Source: a virus. Taken from it: a stretch of 64,000 nucleotides of DNA. The notes beneath the pieces are model-generated. The model was not told where the DNA came from. It saw only the letters and a program-made list of their open reading frames with translations, and did not search any database. Position numbers and translations under genes: made by a program. Position 1 is the stretch's first letter; the number at the start of each line of letters is the position of its first letter. Of this stretch, positions 47,877 to 55,980 are shown piece by piece. The DNA lies in IMG/VR virus record IMGVR_UViG_3300043449_002450, positions 112,182 through 176,181 of that record. One strand, given 5' to 3'.

Positions 47877-48360
47877 TACACCTGAGGTTTCTGCCGGCGT
47901 CGTTGTCATGCGAAATGACCCAAAGAAGGGCTGGTGTGTCCTCGCCTTGCGTATTGGTAGTCGATTCGACCTACCCAAGGGGCACGTTGAGGAGAAGCAC
48001 CTTGAGTCTGCTAATCCCATCTTGGCATGCGCTGCTGATGAACTAGATCAGGAGGCCGACATTGATCTCCTGCCCCCGGGATCGCCACTAGATCCAACAG
48101 TGAAGATCGCAGCCCTCATCAGCGCAGAATACTACACGTGCAGCAACTTGAACAAGTCGGGCGAGGTGAAGAAGAACGTTCACCTCTTTGCTGCCATAAC
48201 TGAATGCCCCGACGCGACAATCAAGATGAATCCAGAGAGCCAGATCTACGAGCACGATGAGGTCGTCTGGATTTCCGCAGGAAAGGTTGAGACATCGAGA
48301 ATACACCCATATCTGAAGCCAGGCGTCATGTGGGCATTGAGCTTTATCAGGGAGGAATGA
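47863..48360 (+). CDS. NUDIX hydrolase (Ap4A-hydrolase-like, degenerate Nudix box)
   Basis: SAGVVV, FDLPKGHVE....A.DELDQEAD, EH....W. Confidence 0.7.
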   Translation: MQGTNTPEVSAGVVVMRNDPKKGWCVLALRIGSRFDLPKGHVEEKHLESANPILACAADELDQEADIDLLPPGSPLDPTVKIAALISAEYYTCSNLNKSGEVKKNVHLFAAITECPDATIKMNPESQIYEHDEVVWISAGKVETSRIHPYLKPGVMWALSFIREE

Positions 48361-48633
48361 GTGAGCGACAAGGATGATGTCACCTATAAGAAGGGTGACT
48401 TTGTCATGCTGCGTCCAATCAGCACGGGTAGCACAAAGGCGGTGAAGGCAGAGGTTCTCATCCTCTATGAGAATGGAACAGTGATCCACGCTTACGATTA
48501 TGAGAATCACTGTTACCGGACAGTGCCCAAGGAAAATATAGAGGGGTTTGTGGGAGAAAAGGCCGCCGCTGCCGTGCAGCGAGCGAAGGAGAAGGCTCTA
48601 AAGTTCTCTCCCAAGAAGAAAGAGACGAAGTAG
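48361..48633 (+). CDS. Hypothetical protein (SH3-like)
   Basis: RBS GGAGG; YKKGDFV pattern. Confidence 0.6.
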   Translation: MSDKDDVTYKKGDFVMLRPISTGSTKAVKAEVLILYENGTVIHAYDYENHCYRTVPKENIEGFVGEKAAAAVQRAKEKALKFSPKKKETK

Positions 48634-48672
48634 ACCGGCTGGTCGCCTACTTAGTAACAGGAGGTATGCGAT

Positions 48673-48750
48673 ATGGCTTGTGTTCTAATTTCCTTCGGCT
48701 CGGGTGACAAGAGCACAAGCTTCTCTCGCACCCCACACCCCGGCCGGTAA
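48673..48750 (+). CDS. Putative 25-aa peptide
   Basis: Strong SD AGGAGG 8 nt before ATG; CTACTTA 48647 upstream. Confidence 0.35.
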   Translation: MACVLISFGSGDKSTSFSRTPHPGR

Positions 48751-48760
48751 GGGGTGAAAC

Positions 48761-48913
48761 TTGAAAAACACAAAGCAGGCTCGAGTTGCGTCATTTGCTG
48801 ATAGGCTTTATCAATCGCTTGTCCTCACGCGTGTCTGTGTGGAGATGAGCAGCACATCAAGGGTGACGTCGAACTCAATCAAACGCATTGAGATGTGTGC
48901 CGTCCCCGAGTGA
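48761..48913 (+). CDS. Putative 50-aa protein
   Basis: SD-like GGGGTG plus TTG; fills the gap. Confidence 0.35.
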   Translation: MKNTKQARVASFADRLYQSLVLTRVCVEMSSTSRVTSNSIKRIEMCAVPE

Positions 48914-48951
48914 CCCGTGTATAGCCCGCTCGGGCGTGGTATAATTTGGTC

Positions 48952-49206
48952 ATGAACTGGACCAAGTCAGGACCCCACCCGAGCGGCATCACAATCTGGA
49001 AGTTGGATGATCCCACGCCATACGAGGATGTCACGATCCACTCCTTCAATGGCGGCGATCATACTGTCACATTTGATCGACATCAAGCGCCTCACATAGC
49101 AACACTTGAGCGAGCGCAACAGCTCGCTGAGATGACGATCGCACACGTCAGGAACCCGCCCAAGAAGCGGAGGAGCAAGAAGGATGAGAACCCTGCTGAC
49201 GTCTGA
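48952..49206 (+). CDS. Hypothetical protein
   Basis: TGTAT-N17-TATAAT at 48918-48945. Confidence 0.6.
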   Translation: MNWTKSGPHPSGITIWKLDDPTPYEDVTIHSFNGGDHTVTFDRHQAPHIATLERAQQLAEMTIAHVRNPPKKRRSKKDENPADV

Positions 49207-49705
49207 TATTCACTTCTTCCACAAGAATATCATCGCATACTGCGCTCGCCCATACTTTGATGAGTATGACATGAACCAGAGGATCGCAGGTCGCTGGGGC
49301 CAGCAGGCGCTCCCAGATGATCGCATCATCTTTGTGGGAGACCTGTCTGCAGGCCTGCAAGGCCGCCAGGCAGATCTGTCAAAGATCATCAAAGACCTTC
49401 CCGGTAGGAAGACCCTTGTGCGTGGAAACCATGATCACATGCCCGATGCCTGGTATCTGGATGCCGGATTCGAGTCGGTTGTGCCCTGGCTTTGGGAGGA
49501 TGGTATTCTCTACATCCACAAGCCTGCCACCGCAGGAAACGATGAGACGCTGGATCTCATGGCTAAGTGCGACCCGAAGCTGATCATTCATGGTCACATT
49601 CACAGCAAGCAGAACGGGCAGATCCCGGGTCATTACAACGTTGCCTGGGATTGGCATGGTGGTCTTGTCAACCTCACCGAAATCATCCGTGAGTGTAATC
49701 TTTAA
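49184..49705 (+). CDS. Calcineurin-like metallophosphoesterase
   Basis: SDIHF.H, VGD, GNHD, H.P, HGHIH. Confidence 0.9.
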   Translation: MRTLLTSDIHFFHKNIIAYCARPYFDEYDMNQRIAGRWGQQALPDDRIIFVGDLSAGLQGRQADLSKIIKDLPGRKTLVRGNHDHMPDAWYLDAGFESVVPWLWEDGILYIHKPATAGNDETLDLMAKCDPKLIIHGHIHSKQNGQIPGHYNVAWDWHGGLVNLTEIIRECNL

Positions 49706-49736
49706 GATTGCGCCCTAAGATGTTGTAGGAGAAATT

Positions 49737-50312
49737 ATGGGCAAGAAGAAAAAGAGCAAGTTCGAAAAGGGCGAGAAGGTGGTCGCACCCGCGATCCGCG
49801 CGCAAGCATTTCCGAAAAGCGAAAAGCCTGACGTGTGGCCCCTTGTCATCAAGGACATGGAGGAGCGTGATCGCCTAGGCAAGGCGAAGTATGGGATTCC
49901 ACTGCGGTCTTTTAACGGCAGAGATCCTCTGATCGATGCTTACCAGGAGGTCCTGGATATGTCCGTCTACCTGCGACAGGAGATAGAGGAGCGTCTTTAC
50001 GTCGATGACATCATCAGGTCTCTGCGAAGAATTCCAGGTTTGGAGGATGTTAATACGGGCAACCTTCTAGAGAATGTCGACTTCCTGGTCCAGAGGATTT
50101 GCAGTGTTGAAGAGCGGAGTGTCTCTCTTGCCTCTACGGTCTTGCACTATCAATCGACAGATCAATTTCTTGCTGGCTATCATGCTGGCATCGAGACGAC
50201 GACACGGATATTTGAGTCGGCTCGGGGCGAGGATTTAACAGATGATGAGTATGAGGAAGTATGTAACGAGGCCGAACGTGAGCTTGCCAACACACCGGAC
50301 CATGCAAGTTGA
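49737..50312 (+). CDS. Phage protein with an all-alpha NTP-pyrophosphatase-like N-terminal domain
   Basis: R...G..KYG..L..DAYQE.LD..VY; TGTAA-N17-TAAGAT at 49694-49721. Confidence 0.5.
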   Translation: MGKKKKSKFEKGEKVVAPAIRAQAFPKSEKPDVWPLVIKDMEERDRLGKAKYGIPLRSFNGRDPLIDAYQEVLDMSVYLRQEIEERLYVDDIIRSLRRIPGLEDVNTGNLLENVDFLVQRICSVEERSVSLASTVLHYQSTDQFLAGYHAGIETTTRIFESARGEDLTDDEYEEVCNEAERELANTPDHAS

Positions 50313-50484
50313 AGAGGGTGACCTTGTCATCGCCCCATCAGGACAGTGTGGCATCGTCATCGGCATCTACGGGCAAGGTTACTGCGAGGTCCTCATCAAC
50401 AAGGGCAAGAAAGACGCAAGGATCATCCCATATCGTCGAGAGGATCTCACTCCCGTCGGGCCCGGAGACCCTCAAAGAGGGTGA
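50302..50484 (+). CDS. Small KOW/SH3-like protein
   Basis: MQVEEGDLVI...G.CGIVI. Confidence 0.55.
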   Translation: MQVEEGDLVIAPSGQCGIVIGIYGQGYCEVLINKGKKDARIIPYRREDLTPVGPGDPQRG

Positions 50485-50488
50485 CCTG

Positions 50489-50620
50489 GTGATTGTCGAA
50501 GACGATCAAGTCGGGCTAGTCATAGAAGAGTCAGACACACAGAGGCTGTTTGTTAGAGTTCTAAAGAACGGCAAGATCTCATGGATACCGAAAAACAGAA
50601 TTAAGGTGCTTGATAGTTAA
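50489..50620 (+). CDS. Second small KOW/SH3-like ORF (start uncertain)
   Basis: (LKEGDL)VIVEDDQVGLVI...; GAGG 8 nt before GTG 50489. Confidence 0.45.
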   Translation: MIVEDDQVGLVIEESDTQRLFVRVLKNGKISWIPKNRIKVLDS

Positions 50621-50624
50621 AGCC

Positions 50625-52037
50625 ATGCGTAATAGAAAACACCTCAATGAAGACTTTGACATCATGGGATCGCTTCACAGCGCCGCTCGATCCTTTCTTG
50701 ACCTTCCAATCGTCAAGCGTGTGACTAGCGCTCTTCCTGGCGGCGAGGACTCACCAGAGGATGAGGAGGAGGTCGGCAAGCAGGGTGGGAAAAGAGCCTC
50801 TAAGGAGGATCTTGCTCAATCACTTGAGACAGCTGCAAATGAGTCGGTCCCTCTTAGCATCGCGTTAGACCTTGACACAGATAAAAGTGCCCTAATCATT
50901 GGAAGCAGCCAGGCCGGAGTTGTTGGCTATCCTGTCATGAAGTTGCTTGAAGGTCGCGGATTCAAGGAATTCAAATTCGATCCGACGCCTGCAAAGACGA
51001 TGCGGTATGTCTTCTCTTACGCAGCTGCTGTAGTGAAGGATCGATCAAAATATGATGTGATTGTTATCTTCCCAGGTTACAGATACGGCGAAGACCCAGA
51101 CACAGTTGAGGAAATTGTCAACCTATTCACACCTGGGCGATGCTTTGTTGTCGCACCACCCCCAGTAACCACAGTGACTAATCCTCTTGAAGCAGCCAAG
51201 CTAGGTCTCAACAAGGGAAATCCCGTCCAGGATAACTACTGGTTCAAGCTCCGCGGGGGGAAGTATGCAGCAGAACGTGAAGATTTCTGCAAGCGCCTAG
51301 AGTCTCTAGTCAGCAACGCGGGTGCGACCTACATCGACCCTAGAGATCTGAACCTGGGCGGTGAGATGCAAGAGTCGGGTATCCAGTTTCCAAATAGCCC
51401 AGATGGAATTCATCCCGCACCTGCAGTAATTGATGCTATAGCAATGGCTACAATAGATGCTATATTTGAATGCACGCTTCCCATCAATTCTGTCGACATT
51501 CTTTCCAAGATCACACCTGAACTCTTAGAAAGGCGTCCAGATATCGCCAGAAAGCTGGACGCATATAAGGGAATCAGCGGAATTCTAGCAGCAGCTAAGG
51601 GCATTGAGTCAACCGGAAGATATGGCAGTGGTTTTGGCCCGCGTAAGGCGCCAACTGCAGGAGCTTCAACTGATCACAAGGGCGTTGACATAGGACTTCC
51701 GATAGGAACTAATGTCCGTGCGATCATGGACGGAACAGTTCAGTATGTTGGTCTTAATAGCCCGACAGCAGGAAACTACATCGAAGTCATGCACGACGGT
51801 GGCGTCCTATCCCGATATATTCATGGATCTGAGATCCTCGCGAAGAAGGGTGAAAGAGTTAAGCAGGGTCAAGTCATCATGCTGTCTGGTAACACGGGCG
51901 TGTCGACAGGACCTCACTTGCATTTCGCGATCAATGTGAACGGTCGTCCTGTCGATCCAGTCGCGTGGCTCGATGACCATGACGAGGCAATCACACCCGT
52001 TAAGATTACAGGAAGAGAAGGGAGATTTTTAGCATGA
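50625..52037 (+). CDS. SGNH/GDSL-like domain plus M23 peptidoglycan endopeptidase
   Basis: LIIGSSQ..DGIHP (SGNH blocks I and V); HKGVD, GNYIEV.H, Y.H, GNTG.STGPHLHF; ATAGTTA 50613. Confidence 0.82.
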   Translation: MRNRKHLNEDFDIMGSLHSAARSFLDLPIVKRVTSALPGGEDSPEDEEEVGKQGGKRASKEDLAQSLETAANESVPLSIALDLDTDKSALIIGSSQAGVVGYPVMKLLEGRGFKEFKFDPTPAKTMRYVFSYAAAVVKDRSKYDVIVIFPGYRYGEDPDTVEEIVNLFTPGRCFVVAPPPVTTVTNPLEAAKLGLNKGNPVQDNYWFKLRGGKYAAEREDFCKRLESLVSNAGATYIDPRDLNLGGEMQESGIQFPNSPDGIHPAPAVIDAIAMATIDAIFECTLPINSVDILSKITPELLERRPDIARKLDAYKGISGILAAAKGIESTGRYGSGFGPRKAPTAGASTDHKGVDIGLPIGTNVRAIMDGTVQYVGLNSPTAGNYIEVMHDGGVLSRYIHGSEILAKKGERVKQGQVIMLSGNTGVSTGPHLHFAINVNGRPVDPVAWLDDHDEAITPVKITGREGRFLA

Positions 52038-52237
52038 TCAAAGTTGGTGACAAAGTTTTTCACGCTTATAACGGCAAGATCAGAGGAGTCGTGCGCAACA
52101 TTCGTCTCTCTGATGTCACAGCAAACCTGGACGCGGGTCCTGCCATGAAGCAGCGCATCGCCGCCATCGAGGTCAACTTGAATGGGCAGCAGCAGCTGGT
52201 CGAGGTCCTTGTAAAGGATCTTATGGTGGACGTATAA
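52034..52237 (+). CDS. Hypothetical SH3-like protein
   Basis: MIKVGDKV pattern. Confidence 0.6.
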   Translation: MIKVGDKVFHAYNGKIRGVVRNIRLSDVTANLDAGPAMKQRIAAIEVNLNGQQQLVEVLVKDLMVDV

Positions 52238-52260
52238 TCACACACTAGGACGAGGTGCCC

Positions 52261-52404
52261 ATGATCGAGTGGGTCTACGAGGCATCTAACATTCTGCTCT
52301 GGCTCTTGCTCGATGAAGAGGGCCGGCAGATTGCTGAGATTCTTTATTGCCTATTCGTGATCGGGCTCCTCGTCTTTCTACTAAAGTTGCGAGATGATAA
52401 GTGA
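52261..52404 (+). CDS. Small membrane protein (47 aa, not in the ORF track)
   Basis: RBS GAGG; hydrophobic; TGTAA-N18-TATAAT at 52210-52238. Confidence 0.55.
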   Translation: MIEWVYEASNILLWLLLDEEGRQIAEILYCLFVIGLLVFLLKLRDDK

Positions 52405-52646
52405 TCAAGCCCGGCAATCTTCACAGGCTGCAATCTAGCGGTAAGTGGTTCAGCGAGGACTCTAATGATGTTTGCGTAGGATCTGCACAAGGGGGAGAAT
52501 CAGTCTGGTTACCATCAGGCACCATTGTCATGATAGTTGCTCCCTATAAGGACACATCTCCCAAGGCGTGGACAGTCATGTATGGCGGAGATCTAGGATG
52601 GGTCTACAGCGACGAGATCGATAAAAAGGCGATCGGTCCGGTGTAA
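52401..52646 (+). CDS. Hypothetical SH3-like protein
   Basis: GTGA coupling; GDLGWV motif. Confidence 0.55.
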   Translation: MIKPGNLHRLQSSGKWFSEDSNDVCVGSAQGGESVWLPSGTIVMIVAPYKDTSPKAWTVMYGGDLGWVYSDEIDKKAIGPV

Positions 52647-52669
52647 AGAGGGGTAAGAAACGTTAAGAT
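52642..52669 (+). promoter_or_regulatory. Promoter of tRNA cluster 1, TGTAA-N17-TAAGAT
   Basis: TGTAA 52642-52646, TAAGAT 52664-52669. Confidence 0.6.
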
Positions 52670-52713
52670 ATAGGTGTGGCCGGCAAGGAACCGGCGGTTG
52701 ATAGAAAAGATAT

Positions 52714-52789
52714 GGGCCTTTAGCTCAATTGGCAGAGCAAGGGACTTTTAATCCCAAGGTTGTGGGTTCGATTCCCACAGGGCCCACCA
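52714..52789 (+). tRNA. tRNA-Lys(UUU)
   Basis: Cloverleaf GGGCCTT/AGGGCCC, loop CT-TTT-AA, TTCGATT, encoded CCA; A27:A43 mismatch. Confidence 0.93.
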
Positions 52790-52795
52790 CTTCAC

Positions 52796-52869
52796 TGGGG
52801 TGTCGTTCAACGGTAGGACAGCGGGCTTTGACCCCGCGAATGAAGGTTCGAATCCTTACGCCCCAACCA
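52796..52869 (+). tRNA. tRNA-Gln(UUG)
   Basis: TGGGGTG/CGCCCCA, GCGGG CT-TTG-AC CCCGC, TTCGAAT, CCA. Confidence 0.92.
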
Positions 52870-52874
52870 CTTCA

Positions 52875-52949
52875 GATCCCATCGTCTATCGGTTAGGACT
52901 CGAGACTTTCAATCTCGTAAGCTGGGTTCAACTCCCAGTGGGATCACCA
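52875..52949 (+). tRNA. tRNA-Glu(UUC)
   Basis: GATCCCA/TGGGATC, CGAGA CT-TTC-AA TCTCG, CCA. Confidence 0.93.
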
Positions 52950-52953
52950 CTTT

Positions 52954-53039
52954 GGCCCCTTGATGGAACGGTAGACATCGAAGACTTAAAATCTTTTGCC
53001 CGTTAGGGCGTGCCGGTTCGAGTCCGGCAGGGGCCACCA
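52954..53039 (+). tRNA. tRNA-Leu(UAA)
   Basis: GGCCCCT/AGGGGCC, CT-TAA-AA, long variable arm, CCA. Confidence 0.93.
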
Positions 53040-53043
53040 CTTC

Positions 53044-53130
53044 GGGAAGATGGTGAAATGGCAGACACAGGAGACTCAAAATCTCCCACTCAACGCGAGT
53101 TTGCGGGTTCAAGTCCCGCTCTTCCCACCA
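53044..53130 (+). tRNA. tRNA-Leu(CAA)
   Basis: GGGAAGA/TCTTCCC, GGAGA CT-CAA-AA TCTCC, long variable arm, CCA. Confidence 0.93.
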
Positions 53131-53165
53131 AATCAGTAACAGCATGATGCGGATACTTACATTAG

Positions 53166-54326
53166 ATGCCTAAGACTCTAAGAAACTTTATACGTGCTGT
53201 TCTCGCTGAGAACTACAACGTCTCTATTGTCGCTAGTCCTATCTCGACGGGCGAGAAGAGAAAGCGTGGCCAGCCACCTGAGAGTGACATCATCGCCAAT
53301 GTCATCATGACTAAGGGCGACTTTGATGATGTCGTCAAGATCGCCAACGAACGTGACGTCCTCCGTGCATTGGGCGATGAGACGGACCAGACGATCAAGC
53401 TGCGGATCGATGAGATCCGAGCCCGCGTCGGAGGCGGACCTGCCAACCTGGCTCGAGCGTTGATAAACCAGATCAAGCTGAATCAAGATCTACTTAACCA
53501 GGTCCTGTTCAATATGCCTGACGAGAATGGTGTTGTCACACCAACACATCCTAAGCTCGGTGAGGAATATCCTATTCCTCCCATGTTCAAGCAGTTGGCA
53601 ATGGTCGAGAAGCCAGGTGCCAAGGGTGTGGCAATCGGCAAGGGGGAGGCGCTTGCCATCCTCATGTTCGGACGTGCTGAGAATGCAGGGACGGAGCCCG
53701 ACCTGATCGTTAGCGAAGAGCTGAAGTTTAGCATCAAGTATTTCTCTGGAGCATCAGCGACAGTCTACGTCAGCGCGGGCCTCGCTGTCACACCTGGCAT
53801 CAACTCTCTTGTGGATGTAACTAGTAAGCTCCGCGATATCGCAACAGAGAAGGGTCTCTACTCAGGCGGTAAGGCGATCAGCAGGAACCAGATCGCAGCG
53901 CTGCTAATGACGCTGAAGAACGACATCGAGAGCCGCATCCCTGCCGATATGCGAAACATGACGATGTATTACTCGTCTGACATGCCCCGTGCTGACCTGG
54001 ATCCATCAGGAATCGCTGCCTACGAGGTGAACGAGACATACACTGCAAAGGCGCTGCTAGACATGATCGACCAGTGTGGTAACCTGTGGGACAAGACCGC
54101 GTTCTCGCAGTATCCGATCCTAGCGCTGCAGGGAACTTCGTCCATGAAGTTTGTGGCAGAGCCCGCATCTGACTCTAGGTTGGGCAGCATTAACTTTGGC
54201 AAGCCTATTCCGGAGCTAATGATCGCATCACCAACAAAGGCGAAGATGCTTGTGACGCCGGGTGCTAGCAGTCCTGCAGCAAGCACACCAGATGATGACG
54301 AGGAGCTCGAGGCAGATGGAGGATGA
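53166..54326 (+). CDS. Tagged hypothetical protein, possible degenerate PD-(D/E)xK fold
   Basis: MPKTLRNFIRAVLAEN tag; ATACTTA 53153; GKGE..PDLIV..FSIK. Confidence 0.7.
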   Translation: MPKTLRNFIRAVLAENYNVSIVASPISTGEKRKRGQPPESDIIANVIMTKGDFDDVVKIANERDVLRALGDETDQTIKLRIDEIRARVGGGPANLARALINQIKLNQDLLNQVLFNMPDENGVVTPTHPKLGEEYPIPPMFKQLAMVEKPGAKGVAIGKGEALAILMFGRAENAGTEPDLIVSEELKFSIKYFSGASATVYVSAGLAVTPGINSLVDVTSKLRDIATEKGLYSGGKAISRNQIAALLMTLKNDIESRIPADMRNMTMYYSSDMPRADLDPSGIAAYEVNETYTAKALLDMIDQCGNLWDKTAFSQYPILALQGTSSMKFVAEPASDSRLGSINFGKPIPELMIASPTKAKMLVTPGASSPAASTPDDDEELEADGG

Positions 54327-54954
54327 TCTTTTAAGAGAAGCAATCAGAGCGCTTCTGCAAGAGAAAGGCGACGTGGCAGTCGAGCCAACACGTCAATCTG
54401 GACCGATAGCCTACTATAAGATCAATGATCCTGTTGGAAAGCTTGCTCTAATTATGCCCGGCATCAACCATCCTAGTTATTCGACTGATATGCCAAAGAC
54501 TATTATGGAAAAATCCGAAGGCTATCTGCGTAGATTCTCCTACATTGTGCCAAATGGCACGGGAGTTTCTGTTGCTGCGGCGCTGGACGCGATCAATCGT
54601 GACAAGAAGGTTGACCTCAACACTGCGAGCGAGCGGATCCTTATTGGACACTCAGCAGGCGGTGCAGCTGTCCTAAGATACCTTACTACTAGCGGCGCTG
54701 GACCATTCAATAAGATCTACCTTTTAGATCCAACACCAACAGTTACTTCATTGCCTATGTCCGACTGCTCCAACGTCTTGTTAATACATAACTGGCGGAA
54801 CTGGAGTAGCGGCCAGGAGCGTCGCAAAGCATTTAATCTGCTGGGCAAAGACATCGCTAAGAAGGGTGGCGTTGCTGAAGAGAATATCATGAATCACATG
54901 GCGATACTTGATGAGGGTTTAACAAGAGCAGCAATGGGCGTTTTAGCTGTGTAA
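54316..54954 (+). CDS. Tagged alpha/beta hydrolase
   Basis: MEDDLLREAIRALLQE tag; MPG, GHSAGG nucleophile elbow, LLDP, C-terminal H. Confidence 0.78.
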   Translation: MEDDLLREAIRALLQEKGDVAVEPTRQSGPIAYYKINDPVGKLALIMPGINHPSYSTDMPKTIMEKSEGYLRRFSYIVPNGTGVSVAAALDAINRDKKVDLNTASERILIGHSAGGAAVLRYLTTSGAGPFNKIYLLDPTPTVTSLPMSDCSNVLLIHNWRNWSSGQERRKAFNLLGKDIAKKGGVAEENIMNHMAILDEGLTRAAMGVLAV

Positions 54955-54977
54955 TCTTTGATCACACACGTTATTAT
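54950..54977 (+). promoter_or_regulatory. Promoter of tRNA cluster 2, TGTAA-N17-TATTAT
   Basis: TGTAA 54950-54954, TATTAT 54972-54977. Confidence 0.6.
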
Positions 54978-54992
54978 AGGTCATAAGGCAAT

Positions 54993-55069
54993 GACCTCGT
55001 AGCTCAGCTGGATAGAGCAACGGTTTCCTAAACCGTAGGCCGGTGGTTCAAGTCCACTCGAGGTCGCCA
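54993..55069 (+). tRNA. tRNA-Arg(CCU)
   Basis: GACCTCG/CGAGGTC, ACGGT TT-CCT-AA ACCGT, A20, CCA. Confidence 0.93.
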
Positions 55070-55073
55070 CATC

Positions 55074-55147
55074 GCAGGCATGGCATATGGGTTGTGCACC
55101 AGCCTTCCAAGCTGGATAACCGGGTTCGAATCCCGGTGCCTGCTCCA
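55074..55147 (+). tRNA. tRNA-Gly(UCC)
   Basis: GCAGGCA/TGCCTGC, CCAGC CT-TCC-AA GCTGG, U73, CCA. Confidence 0.93.
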
Positions 55148-55163
55148 ACTCAAAACTTAATAA

Positions 55164-55435
55164 GCCCGATTAGCTCAGTTGGTTAGAGCAACGGACTGTC
55201 AAATGGCAGCTTTGGTGGGCAACCACCATCGAAAAGATCGTAAATTCGGTGAACTCCCTGTCGAAAGACGAGACAACGCCGAGCCAAGCCCGAGAGGGAA
55301 GGTGTAGAGACTATAATCGATCCATCCTACTGGGATGATGGCATAGTCCAGACCACGAACGGTGAAAACCGGCGATGAAAATCGAAGTGGTAGGTAATCC
55401 GTGGGTCCCCTGTTCAAGTCAGGGATCGGGCGCCA
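55164..55435 (+). tRNA. tRNA-Asn(GUU) split by an intron (exons 55164-55199 and 55395-55435)
   Basis: GCCCGAT/ATCGGGC, G73, CCA; spliced arm ACGGA CT-GT^T-AA TCCGT. Confidence 0.88.
55200..55394 (+). ncRNA. Group I self-splicing intron (195 nt, no ORF, IC3-like)
   Basis: P1 CUGU^C/GGCAG with U.G at the splice site; P AAUUCGGUGAA, Q AACGCCGAGC, R GUAGAGACUA, S GCAUAGUCC; P3 GAUCG/CGAUC; GNRA loops; terminal G. Confidence 0.9.
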
Positions 55436-55454
55436 TTTTAACAACAGGACAAAC

Positions 55455-55937
55455 ATGAGTCAGGATTACAAGAACAAGCTCAAGGAACTCGACCTCCCAG
55501 GCGACACCTGGGTCACACTCTCGACTTCTGATTTTGCAGAGGTCCTCCATTACAAGGATGACGCGGTCAATGACGCAGTTAATGAGACTGACGTAGTTCG
55601 CGAATTCAGTAATCTTGTCATGGCGCTTCCTAGCACTCGGCGCGACGGAATCCTCGCTGAACTTGAGGACGCATGCGGTCTCGAGATTCCTGCCCCCGAT
55701 GATGAGAACGCTGAGCCGCTCGACGCTGATCTAATTTGTGAGACAATCAAGGATAACTTCCACGATCAGGAATTCATCAGCTACGAGATCAAGAAGTACG
55801 ATCACAAGCGTGGGCGCTGCACTCTCACTGCAACAGTCGAGGTAACGCTCGATGAGCTGATGAACCTTGATTACAACATGCTCGGCTGGGAGATCGAGGT
55901 AGAGACGAAAAGTGGCACTCTGAGCATCGAGGTCTAG
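55455..55937 (+). CDS. Acidic hypothetical protein
   Basis: RBS AGGA; start moved out of the tRNA. Confidence 0.7.
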   Translation: MSQDYKNKLKELDLPGDTWVTLSTSDFAEVLHYKDDAVNDAVNETDVVREFSNLVMALPSTRRDGILAELEDACGLEIPAPDDENAEPLDADLICETIKDNFHDQEFISYEIKKYDHKRGRCTLTATVEVTLDELMNLDYNMLGWEIEVETKSGTLSIEV

Positions 55938-55980
55938 ACAGGGCAGGTGTAGATACTTAAGATAGTATCGGAGTAGCTTG

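Noticed and set aside
52800-53145. ORFs 52800-53006, 52909-53145, 55199-55456 and 59933-60118
   Set aside because: They overlap tRNA or intron sequence and are spurious
55164-55210. tRNA-Asp(GUC) or tRNA-Thr(GGU) reading of the split tRNA
   Set aside because: GUC is only the unspliced P1 sequence and has no matching 3' stem; GGU would need an intron ending in A or a 5' splice site after G, which breaks group I rules
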